From NCBI GenBank assembly GCA_038918905.1, contig JBCKZS010000002.1, positions 11,126-75,125 on the forward strand: DNA of 64,000 nt. The letters run 5' to 3'. Positions 1 to 7,592 of the stretch are shown here, piece after piece (position 1 is the stretch's first letter; every line of letters begins with the position of its first letter). The notes beneath the pieces are model-generated. The model was given only the letters and a program-made list of their open reading frames with translations, did not search any database and had not been told where the DNA came from. The DNA is from Vicinamibacterales bacterium. GTDB lineage: Bacteria; Acidobacteriota; Vicinamibacteria; Vicinamibacterales; SCN-69-37. Position numbers and translations under genes: made by a program.

Positions 1-357
1 GTGCAGCCGACGGTCAAAGAGTTCGTCTTCGAGGACGTGCACTATGACTTCGACCGCTACACGCTTCGCGCGGACGCGCTGCGGGTGCTCGACGAAGCCG
101 TCGCGGCGATGCAGGCGAACCCCTCGCTGCGCCTCGAAATTGCAGGCCACACCTGCAACATCGGCACGGCGGAATACAACCTTGCGCTCGGCGAGCGTCG
201 CGCGTCCGCCGTCCGGGAATACCTGAGCACTCGGGGCGTCAATCCCAACCGGCTGAGCATCGTCAGCTACGGTGAGGAACGGCCGAAGTTCGACAACGCC
301 CGCGAAGAGACCCGGCGTCTCAACCGTCGCGCGGCGCTGGTGGTGCGGCTGCAGTAG
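1..357 (+). CDS. OmpA/Pal-like peptidoglycan-binding domain protein (5' end outside window)
   Basis: ORF runs from the window edge. OmpA/MotB C-terminal domain pattern: LEIAGHTCNIGTAEYNLALGERRASAVREYL...NRRAALVV. Confidence 0.8.
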   Translation: MQPTVKEFVFEDVHYDFDRYTLRADALRVLDEAVAAMQANPSLRLEIAGHTCNIGTAEYNLALGERRASAVREYLSTRGVNPNRLSIVSYGEERPKFDNAREETRRLNRRAALVVRLQ

Positions 358-404
358 CCCGCCACAACGGTCACCACATGACCGTCGGCGTCCGATCAGC
401 AAAG

Positions 405-436
405 GGCCGGAGCTTCACCGCTCCGGCCTTTTGTGT
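405..436 (+). terminator. Rho-independent terminator after the OmpA-like gene
   Basis: Perfect 9-bp stem ggccggagc/gctccggcc (405-413 / 420-428), 6-nt loop, followed by ttttgtgtttg. Confidence 0.7.
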
Positions 437-463
437 TTGTGCCGTAACCCCTGATACTTCCTC

Positions 464-1507
464 ATGTCCATCCGCCCCTCCTCTGCCGCCGATGTCACAC
501 GGCTTGTCGAAGAACTGACGGCGGGCGATGTCCAACGCCGCGAGCTGGCGGGGGCGCGACTGGCGGTGATTGGCGCCCGTGCGACGAGCGCGCTGCTGGT
601 CGTGGCCGGCGACCCCTCGCGCAATACGGCCGCGCGCGTCACGGCCCTGGAAACGCTTGAAGCGATTGGGGACGGCCGGGCGGCCCCGCTCGCCCACAGT
701 CTGGTCGCCGCCGCCCAGAACGACCCACAGAACGACCCACAGAACGAGGCGTTCGCCATCGCGGCGATTGGCGTGCTCGGTCAGGTGGCGCGCGGCAAGG
801 ACGTCCGGGCCACCAGGGCCTTCGACCGCCTGGCCGCCCTCGTGGTGGCCTCGGGCGCCCCAACCGCCCTGCGGCTCGCGGCCTTGTCCGCGCTTGACGG
901 ACAACCCGAGAGGCTGCTGAAGCCGTTATACGAGGCGCTCGCCAGAGATCCGGCGTCCCGTGTCGTGGCGCGTGTCACCCGCCGCCAGGCAGGCGCTGTG
1001 GAGCCCCTGGAAACCCTGGTCGAGCGAGGCCTGCCCCAGGATCCCGATGTCATGGTGGCCGTGGCGCGCGACGACGGCGAGCGGACGAGTCTGACGACCC
1101 TGAAACGCGCCGTGGAGGCCATTCGAGCGCGGGAACGCCGGGTCGCGCGGGAGGACGAACGCGCCCGCTGGACGGTCGCCCGCGGAGTGCTGCACCAGCA
1201 CCTCGCGGCGCGCGGCAGCCGGTTGGCGCTCTACGACCTGCGCGAAACGCTTGAGCAGGCGACCGGACCGCTGCCGGTCGGATTTCTGTCCGCGGCGGCC
1301 GTGATTGGGGACCTCAGTTGCCTGACCCCATTGGCCCGGATCTGGGTCGAGGCCCCGCCCGATGACCGGTGGTGGCGGGAACACCTGGCCGAAGCCTTCG
1401 GGGCCATCGTCGCGCGCGAACAGGTGAGGCGGCGGCACCCGACGCTCAGGAAGATCCTGGAGCGCTGGCCGGCGTCGGGCGTGCTCGTGGCGATGGCCCG
1501 GCGATAA
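464..1507 (+). CDS. HEAT/ARM-like repeat protein (hypothetical)
   Basis: ATG-initiated 347-aa ORF with repeated helical A..AL..IGD..A...L motifs. Contains a QNDPQNDPQNE repeat. The stop TAA abuts the palindromic element. Confidence 0.55.
   Translation: MSIRPSSAADVTRLVEELTAGDVQRRELAGARLAVIGARATSALLVVAGDPSRNTAARVTALETLEAIGDGRAAPLAHSLVAAAQNDPQNDPQNEAFAIAAIGVLGQVARGKDVRATRAFDRLAALVVASGAPTALRLAALSALDGQPERLLKPLYEALARDPASRVVARVTRRQAGAVEPLETLVERGLPQDPDVMVAVARDDGERTSLTTLKRAVEAIRARERRVAREDERARWTVARGVLHQHLAARGSRLALYDLRETLEQATGPLPVGFLSAAAVIGDLSCLTPLARIWVEAPPDDRWWREHLAEAFGAIVAREQVRRRHPTLRKILERWPASGVLVAMARR
716..748 (+). repeat. 12-bp in-frame tandem repeat (cagaacgaccca x2.75)
   Basis: Read directly from the sequence. 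Encodes QNDP-QNDP-QNE inside the HEAT-like ORF. Confidence 0.85.
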
Positions 1508-1560
1508 TGAGCTCGTAGCTGATTTGGTGGGCTCGGCTCCAAATCAGCTACGAGCTCATT
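1506..1560. repeat. Palindromic intergenic element, copy 1 (20-bp perfect arms, 15-nt loop)
   Basis: aatgagctcgtagctgattt (1506-1525) is the exact reverse complement of aaatcagctacgagctcatt (1541-1560). The same arms recur at 7529-7592. Confidence 0.9.
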
Positions 1561-2138
1561 TGGCCGAGACCTGTCCCCGGTTTCCCTGTTTCTGTGGAAA
1601 ACAGACCCGTCCCCCCTATCTTCTGAACCGTCGCCCAGTTACGGGTGGTGGCGTCGTCGCCGAAGGCTTTGGTGACGGCGTCAGCCAGGGTGCCGGACAG
1701 AATGCCGTCCGCGCACCAGAGGTAGGCGGCGTGACGGCCGACGACCAGGGTCTCGCGGCCCCAGGGGAGTTTGGCCAGGGGCAAGACCCGCTGCCGGGCC
1801 TCCTCGCTGCGCCAGAAGGCCACCAGCAGGCGCGAGGGGTCCGTTTCGGCTTCAGTCCGGAGCGTGTTGCCCTTCACGATGCGCGTGAATTCCGGCACGT
1901 CGAACACCAGCACGCGACAGTCCACGCACAGCGTCTTCCTGACGGCTTCCTGGAGCCGCGCCCCAATATGATCGGGCGTGCCGCGCGAGACCGAGAAGAC
2001 GACGTTGCCGCTGTTGAGCAACGTGGTGACATCGGTATATCCCAGCGTGGAGACGAGCCGGCGCAGGTCAACCATGGCCACGCGTTTGCGGCCGACGTTC
2101 ACACCCCTGAGCAGGGCTACCATTCTGGCCGGCGCCAT
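1548..2138 (-). CDS. DUF1697 family protein
   Basis: MAPARMVALLRGVNVGRKRVAMVDLRRLVSTLGYTDVTTLLNSGNVVF matches the DUF1697 N-terminal pattern. The ATG at 2138 overlaps the proS stop (ATGA). The stop TAG lies inside the palindrome arm. Confidence 0.7.
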   Translation of the reverse strand: MAPARMVALLRGVNVGRKRVAMVDLRRLVSTLGYTDVTTLLNSGNVVFSVSRGTPDHIGARLQEAVRKTLCVDCRVLVFDVPEFTRIVKGNTLRTEAETDPSRLLVAFWRSEEARQRVLPLAKLPWGRETLVVGRHAAYLWCADGILSGTLADAVTKAFGDDATTRNWATVQKIGGTGLFSTETGKPGTGLGQMSS

Positions 2139-3628
2139 CAATACGCTTTCGCGAACCAGGCGTTGACGCTGGCGGCCCCGCCGCACTTGACGCACGTGCC
2201 CTCGACGCGGGGCGACCCCATGGGGATATTGCGCAGGGTCGCCTGGGTCTCGGCCTTGATCGAGGTTTCGCACTCGGCGCGGCCGCACCAACTGGCGATG
2301 ACAAACCCCGGCCGGCCTTCCATCGCCGCTGTGAACTCCGCCCAGGTGGCGGCGCTCGACGTGTGCGACTCGCGGAACTGCCGCGCGCGCGCCAGCAGGT
2401 TGTCCTGAATCGCCTGCAGCAGCTCGGGCACACGGGTCGCGAGGTCGGCCATCGGAATCGACGCTTTCTCGCGCGTGTCGCGCCGCGCCGACAACACGGC
2501 GCCCTTTTCGATGTCCCTGGGCCCGACTTCCAACCGCAGCGGTACGCCCCGCAGTTCCCACTCGGCGTACTTCCAGCCGGGCGAGTTCTCCTCGGTGGCA
2601 TCCAGCTTCACACGCACGCCGAGGGCCGTCAGTTGATCGCGGATGGCCTCACACGTCGGCAACACGGTCTCTTTCCAGCGGCCGCGGGGAATCGGAACGA
2701 TCACCACCTGGTGCGGCGCCACGGCCGGCGGCAACACCAGCCCGCTGTCGTCGCCGTGCGTCATGATCACGCAGCCGATCAGGCGCGTCGACACCCCCCA
2801 CGACGTCGTCCACGCGTGCTGCACGGTTTTGTCGCGCCCCTGAAACTGAATCTCGAACGCCTTCGCGAAGTTCTGCCCGAGGTTGTGCGAGGTGCCCGCC
2901 TGCAACGCGCGCCCATCCCCCATCAACGCCTCAATCGAGTACGTCTGCGCCGCGCCAGCGAATTTCTCGCTGTCGCTTTTGATGCCGTCGACCACCGGCA
3001 TGGCCAGTTCCCGCTCGGCGAAGTCCTTGTACAGCGCGAGGATCTTCAGCGTTTCTTCCTCGGCCTCCGCAGCGGTTTCATGTGCCGTGTGCCCTTCCTG
3101 CCACAGGAATTCCGTCGTGCGCAGGAACGGCCGCGTGACCTTTTCCCACCGGACCACGTTGGCCCACTGGTTGATGAGGACGGGCAGGTCGCGCCACGAC
3201 TTCACCCACTTCGCGTACATCGTGCCGATGATCGCCTCGGACGTCGGACGCACGACCAGCCGTTCTTCCAGCTCTTCGTCGCCGCCCCGGGTCACCCACG
3301 CCACCTGTGGCGCAAACCCGTCGACGTGATCCTTCTCTTTCATGAGCAGGCTCTCGGGGATCAACAGCGGAAAGTAGGCGTTGACGTGCCCCGTGGCCTT
3401 GAAGCGGGCGTCGAGCAGACGCTGAATGTGCTCCCAGATGGCATAGCCGTACGGCCGGATGACCATGCACCCCTTCACGGGCGAGTAGTCGGCCAGCTCC
3501 GCGCGGCGAACGACATCGAGGTACCAGCGCGAAAAGTCCTCGGACCGCGGCGTGATCTCGGTGACAAACGCGTCCTTCTTCCGGGATTTCTGTTCGGACG
3601 TGGACGATGATTTCTGCTGTTCGGACAC
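2138..3628 (-). CDS. proS: Prolyl-tRNA synthetase, archaeal/eukaryote-like type
   Basis: Class II aaRS motifs and a C-terminal Zn-type domain (...CGRAECETSIKAETQATLRNIP...CVKCGGAASVNAWFAKAY). GTG start at 3628 with GAGGG upstream. The 774-aa ORF in the track is an upstream read-through. Confidence 0.9.
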   Translation of the reverse strand: MSEQQKSSSTSEQKSRKKDAFVTEITPRSEDFSRWYLDVVRRAELADYSPVKGCMVIRPYGYAIWEHIQRLLDARFKATGHVNAYFPLLIPESLLMKEKDHVDGFAPQVAWVTRGGDEELEERLVVRPTSEAIIGTMYAKWVKSWRDLPVLINQWANVVRWEKVTRPFLRTTEFLWQEGHTAHETAAEAEEETLKILALYKDFAERELAMPVVDGIKSDSEKFAGAAQTYSIEALMGDGRALQAGTSHNLGQNFAKAFEIQFQGRDKTVQHAWTTSWGVSTRLIGCVIMTHGDDSGLVLPPAVAPHQVVIVPIPRGRWKETVLPTCEAIRDQLTALGVRVKLDATEENSPGWKYAEWELRGVPLRLEVGPRDIEKGAVLSARRDTREKASIPMADLATRVPELLQAIQDNLLARARQFRESHTSSAATWAEFTAAMEGRPGFVIASWCGRAECETSIKAETQATLRNIPMGSPRVEGTCVKCGGAASVNAWFAKAY

Positions 3629-3673
3629 GGAACCCTCGCCTGCTATCCTACACGAGCCATCAGAACCCACACG

Positions 3674-4756
3674 ATGACCCCGACACGCATTGACGTTACG
3701 CACGCGACGGGCGCGTATCCCGTCCTCATCGGCGCCGGCCTCGCCGCGCGGCTGGGACAGGTGCTCGCCGAACACGCGCTCATCAGCGAAACCGTCGTCG
3801 TGACCTGCCCGCCGGTGTGGCGCGCACACGGCGACACGTTCAGCGCCCTGCCCGGCGCCCATCAACCGCTGATGATGGCGGATGGAGAGCGCGCCAAGAC
3901 CCTCTCGACGGTCGCCCGGCTCTACGAGGGCCTCGTCGCGCGGCAGGCCGACCGCTCCACACTGATCGTGGCCGTCGGCGGCGGCGTCGTGGGCGACACG
4001 GCGGGCTTTGCGGCCGCGACCTACCTGCGAGGCCTGCGGCTGGTCCAGGTGCCGACGACGCTGCTGGCGCAGGTGGATAGTGCGATCGGCGGCAAGGTCG
4101 GGGTGAATCTGGCGGCGGGCAAGAATCTGGTGGGCGCGTTCCATCCGGCGTCGCTCGTGGTGTGCGATCCGGCGCTGCTGGGCACGCTGCCGCGGCGCGA
4201 GTTCCGCGCGGGGCTGTACGAAGCCGTCAAATACGGCGCGATCGCGTCGCGACCGCTGTTCGACCAGATCGCGTCCACGCTGCCGGCGCTCTTCGCGCGC
4301 GACATCGGCGTGCTGGCGCCGCTTGTCTCGGCGTGTTGCCGCATCAAAGCCGGCGTCGTGATGGCCGACGAGCGTGAACAGGGTCCGCGCCGCGTCCTCA
4401 ATTTCGGCCACACGGTCGGCCACGCGCTCGAGTCGATCGGCCGCTACCGCCGGTTCCGGCACGGCGAAGCCGTCGGGCTGGGCATGCTCGCCGCCGCCGC
4501 ACTATCGCACGCGCGCGGCGTCTTCCCTGACGCGGATCTTGACGCCCTGCGCACGGTCATCACCCACATGGGCCCCCTGCCCGCCACGAACGACCTCAAG
4601 GCGTCGGAGGCGCTCGAGGCGATCCTGCGCGACAAAAAAGTCGCCGCGGGACGGCTGCACTTCGTCCTGCCGGTGCGCATCGGTGAGACACAGATCGTCT
4701 CGGACGTGACGCCGAAGGAACTGACCGCGGCGCTTCGCGCGATTGGGGTCAGATGA
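3674..4756 (+). CDS. aroB: 3-dehydroquinate synthase
   Basis: 360 aa. Carries GGGVVGDTAGFAAATYLRG, QVDSAIGGKVGVN and NFGHTVGHALE motifs. Divergent from proS. Confidence 0.9.
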   Translation: MTPTRIDVTHATGAYPVLIGAGLAARLGQVLAEHALISETVVVTCPPVWRAHGDTFSALPGAHQPLMMADGERAKTLSTVARLYEGLVARQADRSTLIVAVGGGVVGDTAGFAAATYLRGLRLVQVPTTLLAQVDSAIGGKVGVNLAAGKNLVGAFHPASLVVCDPALLGTLPRREFRAGLYEAVKYGAIASRPLFDQIASTLPALFARDIGVLAPLVSACCRIKAGVVMADEREQGPRRVLNFGHTVGHALESIGRYRRFRHGEAVGLGMLAAAALSHARGVFPDADLDALRTVITHMGPLPATNDLKASEALEAILRDKKVAAGRLHFVLPVRIGETQIVSDVTPKELTAALRAIGVR

Positions 4757-4769
4757 GGTCCAGAGGTCC
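4755..4769 (+). repeat. GAGGTCCN octamer doublet immediately after the aroB stop
   Basis: gaggtcca gaggtccg. Same motif family as 47912-47928 and 51893-51960. Confidence 0.6.
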
Positions 4770-4806
4770 GATACAAGGGCGTGGCTTCAGCCGCGCCGCA
4801 CCACGT

Positions 4807-5391
4807 TCACCGGATCCATCCTGGCGGGACGCCGGCCTTACGGGCTTCGTCTTCGATGTCCACGATGGCGCGGGCGTCGGCGATCACCTGCTTCTGCATC
4901 CGATGGAGTTCGTCGAAGGCGCGCTGGCGGTCGGCCATGAGCTGCGCGCGTTGGGCCGGATCGTCGCGACCGGCGATGTCGCTGTCGAGCGCGGCGACGC
5001 GGCTCTGGAGCGCCGCGACCAGGAGGCGGTTGCGCTCGAGGGCCTCGCGCGCCTGTGTCATGCGGTTCTTCCACCAGACCTGATCGCGGACTTCACTGGC
5101 GTCACCTGCTACGCGTGGGACGGCCGCCGGGTCGGTCGATGCCGGGAGCGGAGGGACGGGCGGGAGCGGAGGGGCGGGTGCGACCGGAGGGGCGGGCGCG
5201 ACCGGACCCAGAGTTTCGTTGTTGATGACACGCGACGAGGGCGGCAGCCGCTCGCGCCGCATGGCCTCACGCATCGCCACTTCGCCAAGCGTGCCCGGCG
5301 GCGTGTTCCAGATCGAGACCACCAACCACAACCACGCCGCCACGGCTGTCACGGACATCACCAACACTCCATTTAATACACCATCCGCCAC
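4807..5391 (-). CDS. Membrane-anchored Pro-rich/coiled-coil protein, last gene of the minor-pilin operon
   Basis: 194-aa ORF with an N-terminal TM helix (VTAVAAWLWLVVSIW), a Pro-rich linker and a coiled-coil-like C-terminus. Overlaps the upstream gene by 19 nt. An alternative start exists at 5358. Confidence 0.5.
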   Translation of the reverse strand: MADGVLNGVLVMSVTAVAAWLWLVVSIWNTPPGTLGEVAMREAMRRERLPPSSRVINNETLGPVAPAPPVAPAPPLPPVPPLPASTDPAAVPRVAGDASEVRDQVWWKNRMTQAREALERNRLLVAALQSRVAALDSDIAGRDDPAQRAQLMADRQRAFDELHRMQKQVIADARAIVDIEDEARKAGVPPGWIR

Positions 5392-5939
5392 GACACGACG
5401 CGCACGCCGGCGTCGTCCCGTACGACGTGCGCGTCAACGACGAGCCCGGATGCCGCGGTGCTCAGGGCCTCGCCCCGCACCACCAGCCGCCCGTTGCGAT
5501 CCCGCCGCGCGTCAGCGTCCGCATCATTGACATCATCGGCGACCCAGATGGCCACCATGATGGGCGTCACCGCGTCCGGGTCGCGTCCCCATCCGACGAG
5601 CCGCCACCGCGGCGTGTTCGCGCCCAGCGGGAACTGGCGCGCCAGCGACGCGTTCATTGTCGTCGTCCGCGCGTCGAGGTCGAGGCGATCGGGCGGCACC
5701 CAGAATACACGCGGCCCTGACGAGAGTGCGGTCTCAAACGGGCCGCCCGGCACCAGCGTCCAGTCGGCCAGCCCCCGCAGCGTGGCGACCCCACGCAGCA
5801 CGGCGGCCTCGGCCGCGTAGCCCAACTCGACGGTCCGCTCGTGCGCGGCGGCGATCTGCCGTTCGGTGTGCGCGACCACCGCGAGCCCGCCCGCCAGCGA
5901 CGCCACCACCAACGTGAGCGTGAGCACCAGCACCATCAT
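5373..5939 (-). CDS. PilX/GspK-position membrane-anchored protein (hypothetical)
   Basis: 188 aa with an N-terminal hydrophobic anchor MMVLVLTLTLVVASLAGGLAVV. ATGA overlap with the upstream pseudopilin gene. The family assignment rests on position only. Confidence 0.45.
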   Translation of the reverse strand: MMVLVLTLTLVVASLAGGLAVVAHTERQIAAAHERTVELGYAAEAAVLRGVATLRGLADWTLVPGGPFETALSSGPRVFWVPPDRLDLDARTTTMNASLARQFPLGANTPRWRLVGWGRDPDAVTPIMVAIWVADDVNDADADARRDRNGRLVVRGEALSTAASGLVVDAHVVRDDAGVRVVSWRMVY

Positions 5940-7021
5940 GCGATGCCGCCTGCCTGAAGGGCGAGATTGCGCGGCGCCACATCCACGACGACCTCGTAGT
6001 CGGGCGGTCGCCGGCCTCCAATCGACATCGGTTCCAACCGCAGGCGAACGCGCACCCGACGTACCCGCAGCAGGTCCGCGTCAAACGTGGTGGCACCCGC
6101 GCCACACCAGGGACCGTCGGTGAACAGGGCGAGCGGCAGTTCTGCCAGCCCGTCCGCGCCGGCCGGAAGCACGGGCAGCGCTCGACGATGCCCGGCCGCA
6201 TCGTACAGGCAGTTCTCCTGCCCGGCGGGTGGACGCGGCGCGACGGGAGGGTCGGTCGATCCGAAGTAGGTCAACGTCAGTTCCGCCACACCGTCCACGA
6301 TCGGTTGATCGGTGCCATCGCCATCGAAGTACCGCAACTGGCGCGCTGTTGCGTCATGGAAGTATCCGCGGATGACGACCTCGGTCACGACAGCGCCCGG
6401 GGGAAACGACCCGCTCGATGCACCAAGGGCGCGCACGGTCACCATCGATCCGTCGACCCGCTCGACATCCAGCAGGTCCACGCGACCCGCGCCGTCAAAC
6501 AGGGCCAGCGCCATGCCGCGTGTGATGCCACACGCGGGACGTCCCGGCGAGCAGTGCGATCCCGGCTGCACCCACAGCGTGGCCGGCGATCCGGTCACGG
6601 CCTCTGCCACGGTGGTCTGCGCGACCGTATCGGGCACCGCCACGAGCGTGATGGCATCCGCCCGCGCCACACCCGTCGCGTCGGCGCGCACTCGCCCCAC
6701 GCGGCGTGGCCACAGCGGCGCGAAGGCGCCGTGCAACGGGCCGGTCGCCGGTCCGCGATCGACGCCAGCGCCCACCGACCGCAGGTCTCGCGCGATCAGG
6801 TCGAGCGCCACTCTCGCGCGTTGCTGCATATCGAGCACCTCGGGCTGTGTCCGCGCCAGACGTTGGGTCTGGGCCGCCATCATCGCCACCGCCAGCACCA
6901 CGCCGAGCATCAACGCCAGGGCGACGAGCATCTCGGCCAACGTATGACCAGACTGGCCCGACTGACCCGACTGACCCGGCTGACCCGGCTGACCCGGCTG
7001 ACCCGGCGCCGACGCGATCAT
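5936..7021 (-). CDS. Large prepilin-type N-terminal methylation-domain protein (PilW/GspJ-like minor pilin)
   Basis: Class III signal: ...GQSG|HTLAEMLVALALMLGVVLAV, with G at -1 and E at +5. 361 aa. ATGA overlaps on both sides. Confidence 0.7.
   Translation of the reverse strand: MIASAPGQPGQPGQPGQSGQSGQSGHTLAEMLVALALMLGVVLAVAMMAAQTQRLARTQPEVLDMQQRARVALDLIARDLRSVGAGVDRGPATGPLHGAFAPLWPRRVGRVRADATGVARADAITLVAVPDTVAQTTVAEAVTGSPATLWVQPGSHCSPGRPACGITRGMALALFDGAGRVDLLDVERVDGSMVTVRALGASSGSFPPGAVVTEVVIRGYFHDATARQLRYFDGDGTDQPIVDGVAELTLTYFGSTDPPVAPRPPAGQENCLYDAAGHRRALPVLPAGADGLAELPLALFTDGPWCGAGATTFDADLLRVRRVRVRLRLEPMSIGGRRPPDYEVVVDVAPRNLALQAGGIA
6953..7006. repeat. 9-bp tandem repeat x6 (ctgacccgg-type) inside the pseudopilin leader
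   Basis: ctggcccga ctgacccga ctgacccgg x4. On the minus strand it encodes (GQP)3(GQS)3. Confidence 0.9.
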
Positions 7022-7407
7022 GACGACGGCCTCTCAACCAGGGCCCTGACCCGCACCACCCGTTTGCGGGCGGACGTGAGCAGCTCGACCTCCGCCAGCC
7101 ACACGCCCGGCCACTCCGCCACGGGCACGGCTGCCCACCGCCGGATGTAGGCTCCGGCGGCCCCGGCACCGGTGAGCACCCGGCCATCGATGGTCAGCCG
7201 TTCCTCGCCTTCGCGCGTTGCGGCCGCGGACGCGCGGAGTTGTTCGAGCTTCTGCGACACCAGCAGCGCGCCAGTCGTCGCGGCTTGTCCCTCGGTCACC
7301 ACGCGCGCCGACGCCACGAGCAGGCCCCCGGCGCCCACGGTCAGCACCGCGGCCACGGCCATCGCGACCAGCACTTCGATCAGCGTCATTCCCGAGGCGT
7401 TCGTCAT
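7018..7407 (-). CDS. Small prepilin-type minor pilin/pseudopilin (PilV/GspH-like)
   Basis: MTNASG|MTLIEVLVAMAVAAVL is a classical short leader plus methylation motif. ATG at 7407. The longer ORF start at 7524 has no support. Confidence 0.7.
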   Translation of the reverse strand: MTNASGMTLIEVLVAMAVAAVLTVGAGGLLVASARVVTEGQAATTGALLVSQKLEQLRASAAATREGEERLTIDGRVLTGAGAAGAYIRRWAAVPVAEWPGVWLAEVELLTSARKRVVRVRALVERPSS

Positions 7408-7420
7408 CGCCTCGTTCTGT

Positions 7421-7436
7421 TGCAACTCCCACGCCA
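7421..7436 (-). promoter_or_regulatory. Candidate sigma54 (-24/-12) promoter for the minor-pilin operon
   Basis: The minus strand reads TGGCGT-GGGAG-TTGCA with exact GG-N10-GC spacing. Caveat: the predicted start site falls only about 3 nt before the ATG. Confidence 0.3.
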
Positions 7437-7460
7437 GGCGACCGGGTGTTTTTTTGCGGG

Positions 7461-7474
7461 GGATTCCGGAATCC
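7461..7474. promoter_or_regulatory. Perfect 14-bp palindrome GGATTCCGGAATCC upstream of the minor-pilin operon
   Basis: Self-complementary sequence read directly, about 25 bp upstream of the -24 element. Possible operator. Confidence 0.3.
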
Positions 7475-7528
7475 GACTGCGGAAAACGCACACCGGGCTC
7501 CGCCAGACGTGGCGAAAACTGCAATGGA

Positions 7529-7592
7529 GGAAATGAGCTCGTAGCTGATTTTTTTCTTGAACAACAAAAAAATCAGCTACGAGCTCATTTCC
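7529..7592. repeat. Palindromic intergenic element, copy 2 (27-bp perfect arms, 10-nt loop)
   Basis: ggaaatgagctcgtagctgattttttt (7529-7555) against aaaaaaatcagctacgagctcatttcc (7566-7592). The core is identical to copy 1. Confidence 0.9.

Noticed and set aside
3629-4462. N-terminal 278 codons of the 774-aa ORF containing proS
   Set aside because: The region upstream of GTG 3628 is antisense to aroB and is not ProRS-like. The synthetase homology begins at ...FVTEITPRSEDFSRWY, a few residues after the GTG, which has a GAGGG Shine-Dalgarno sequence.
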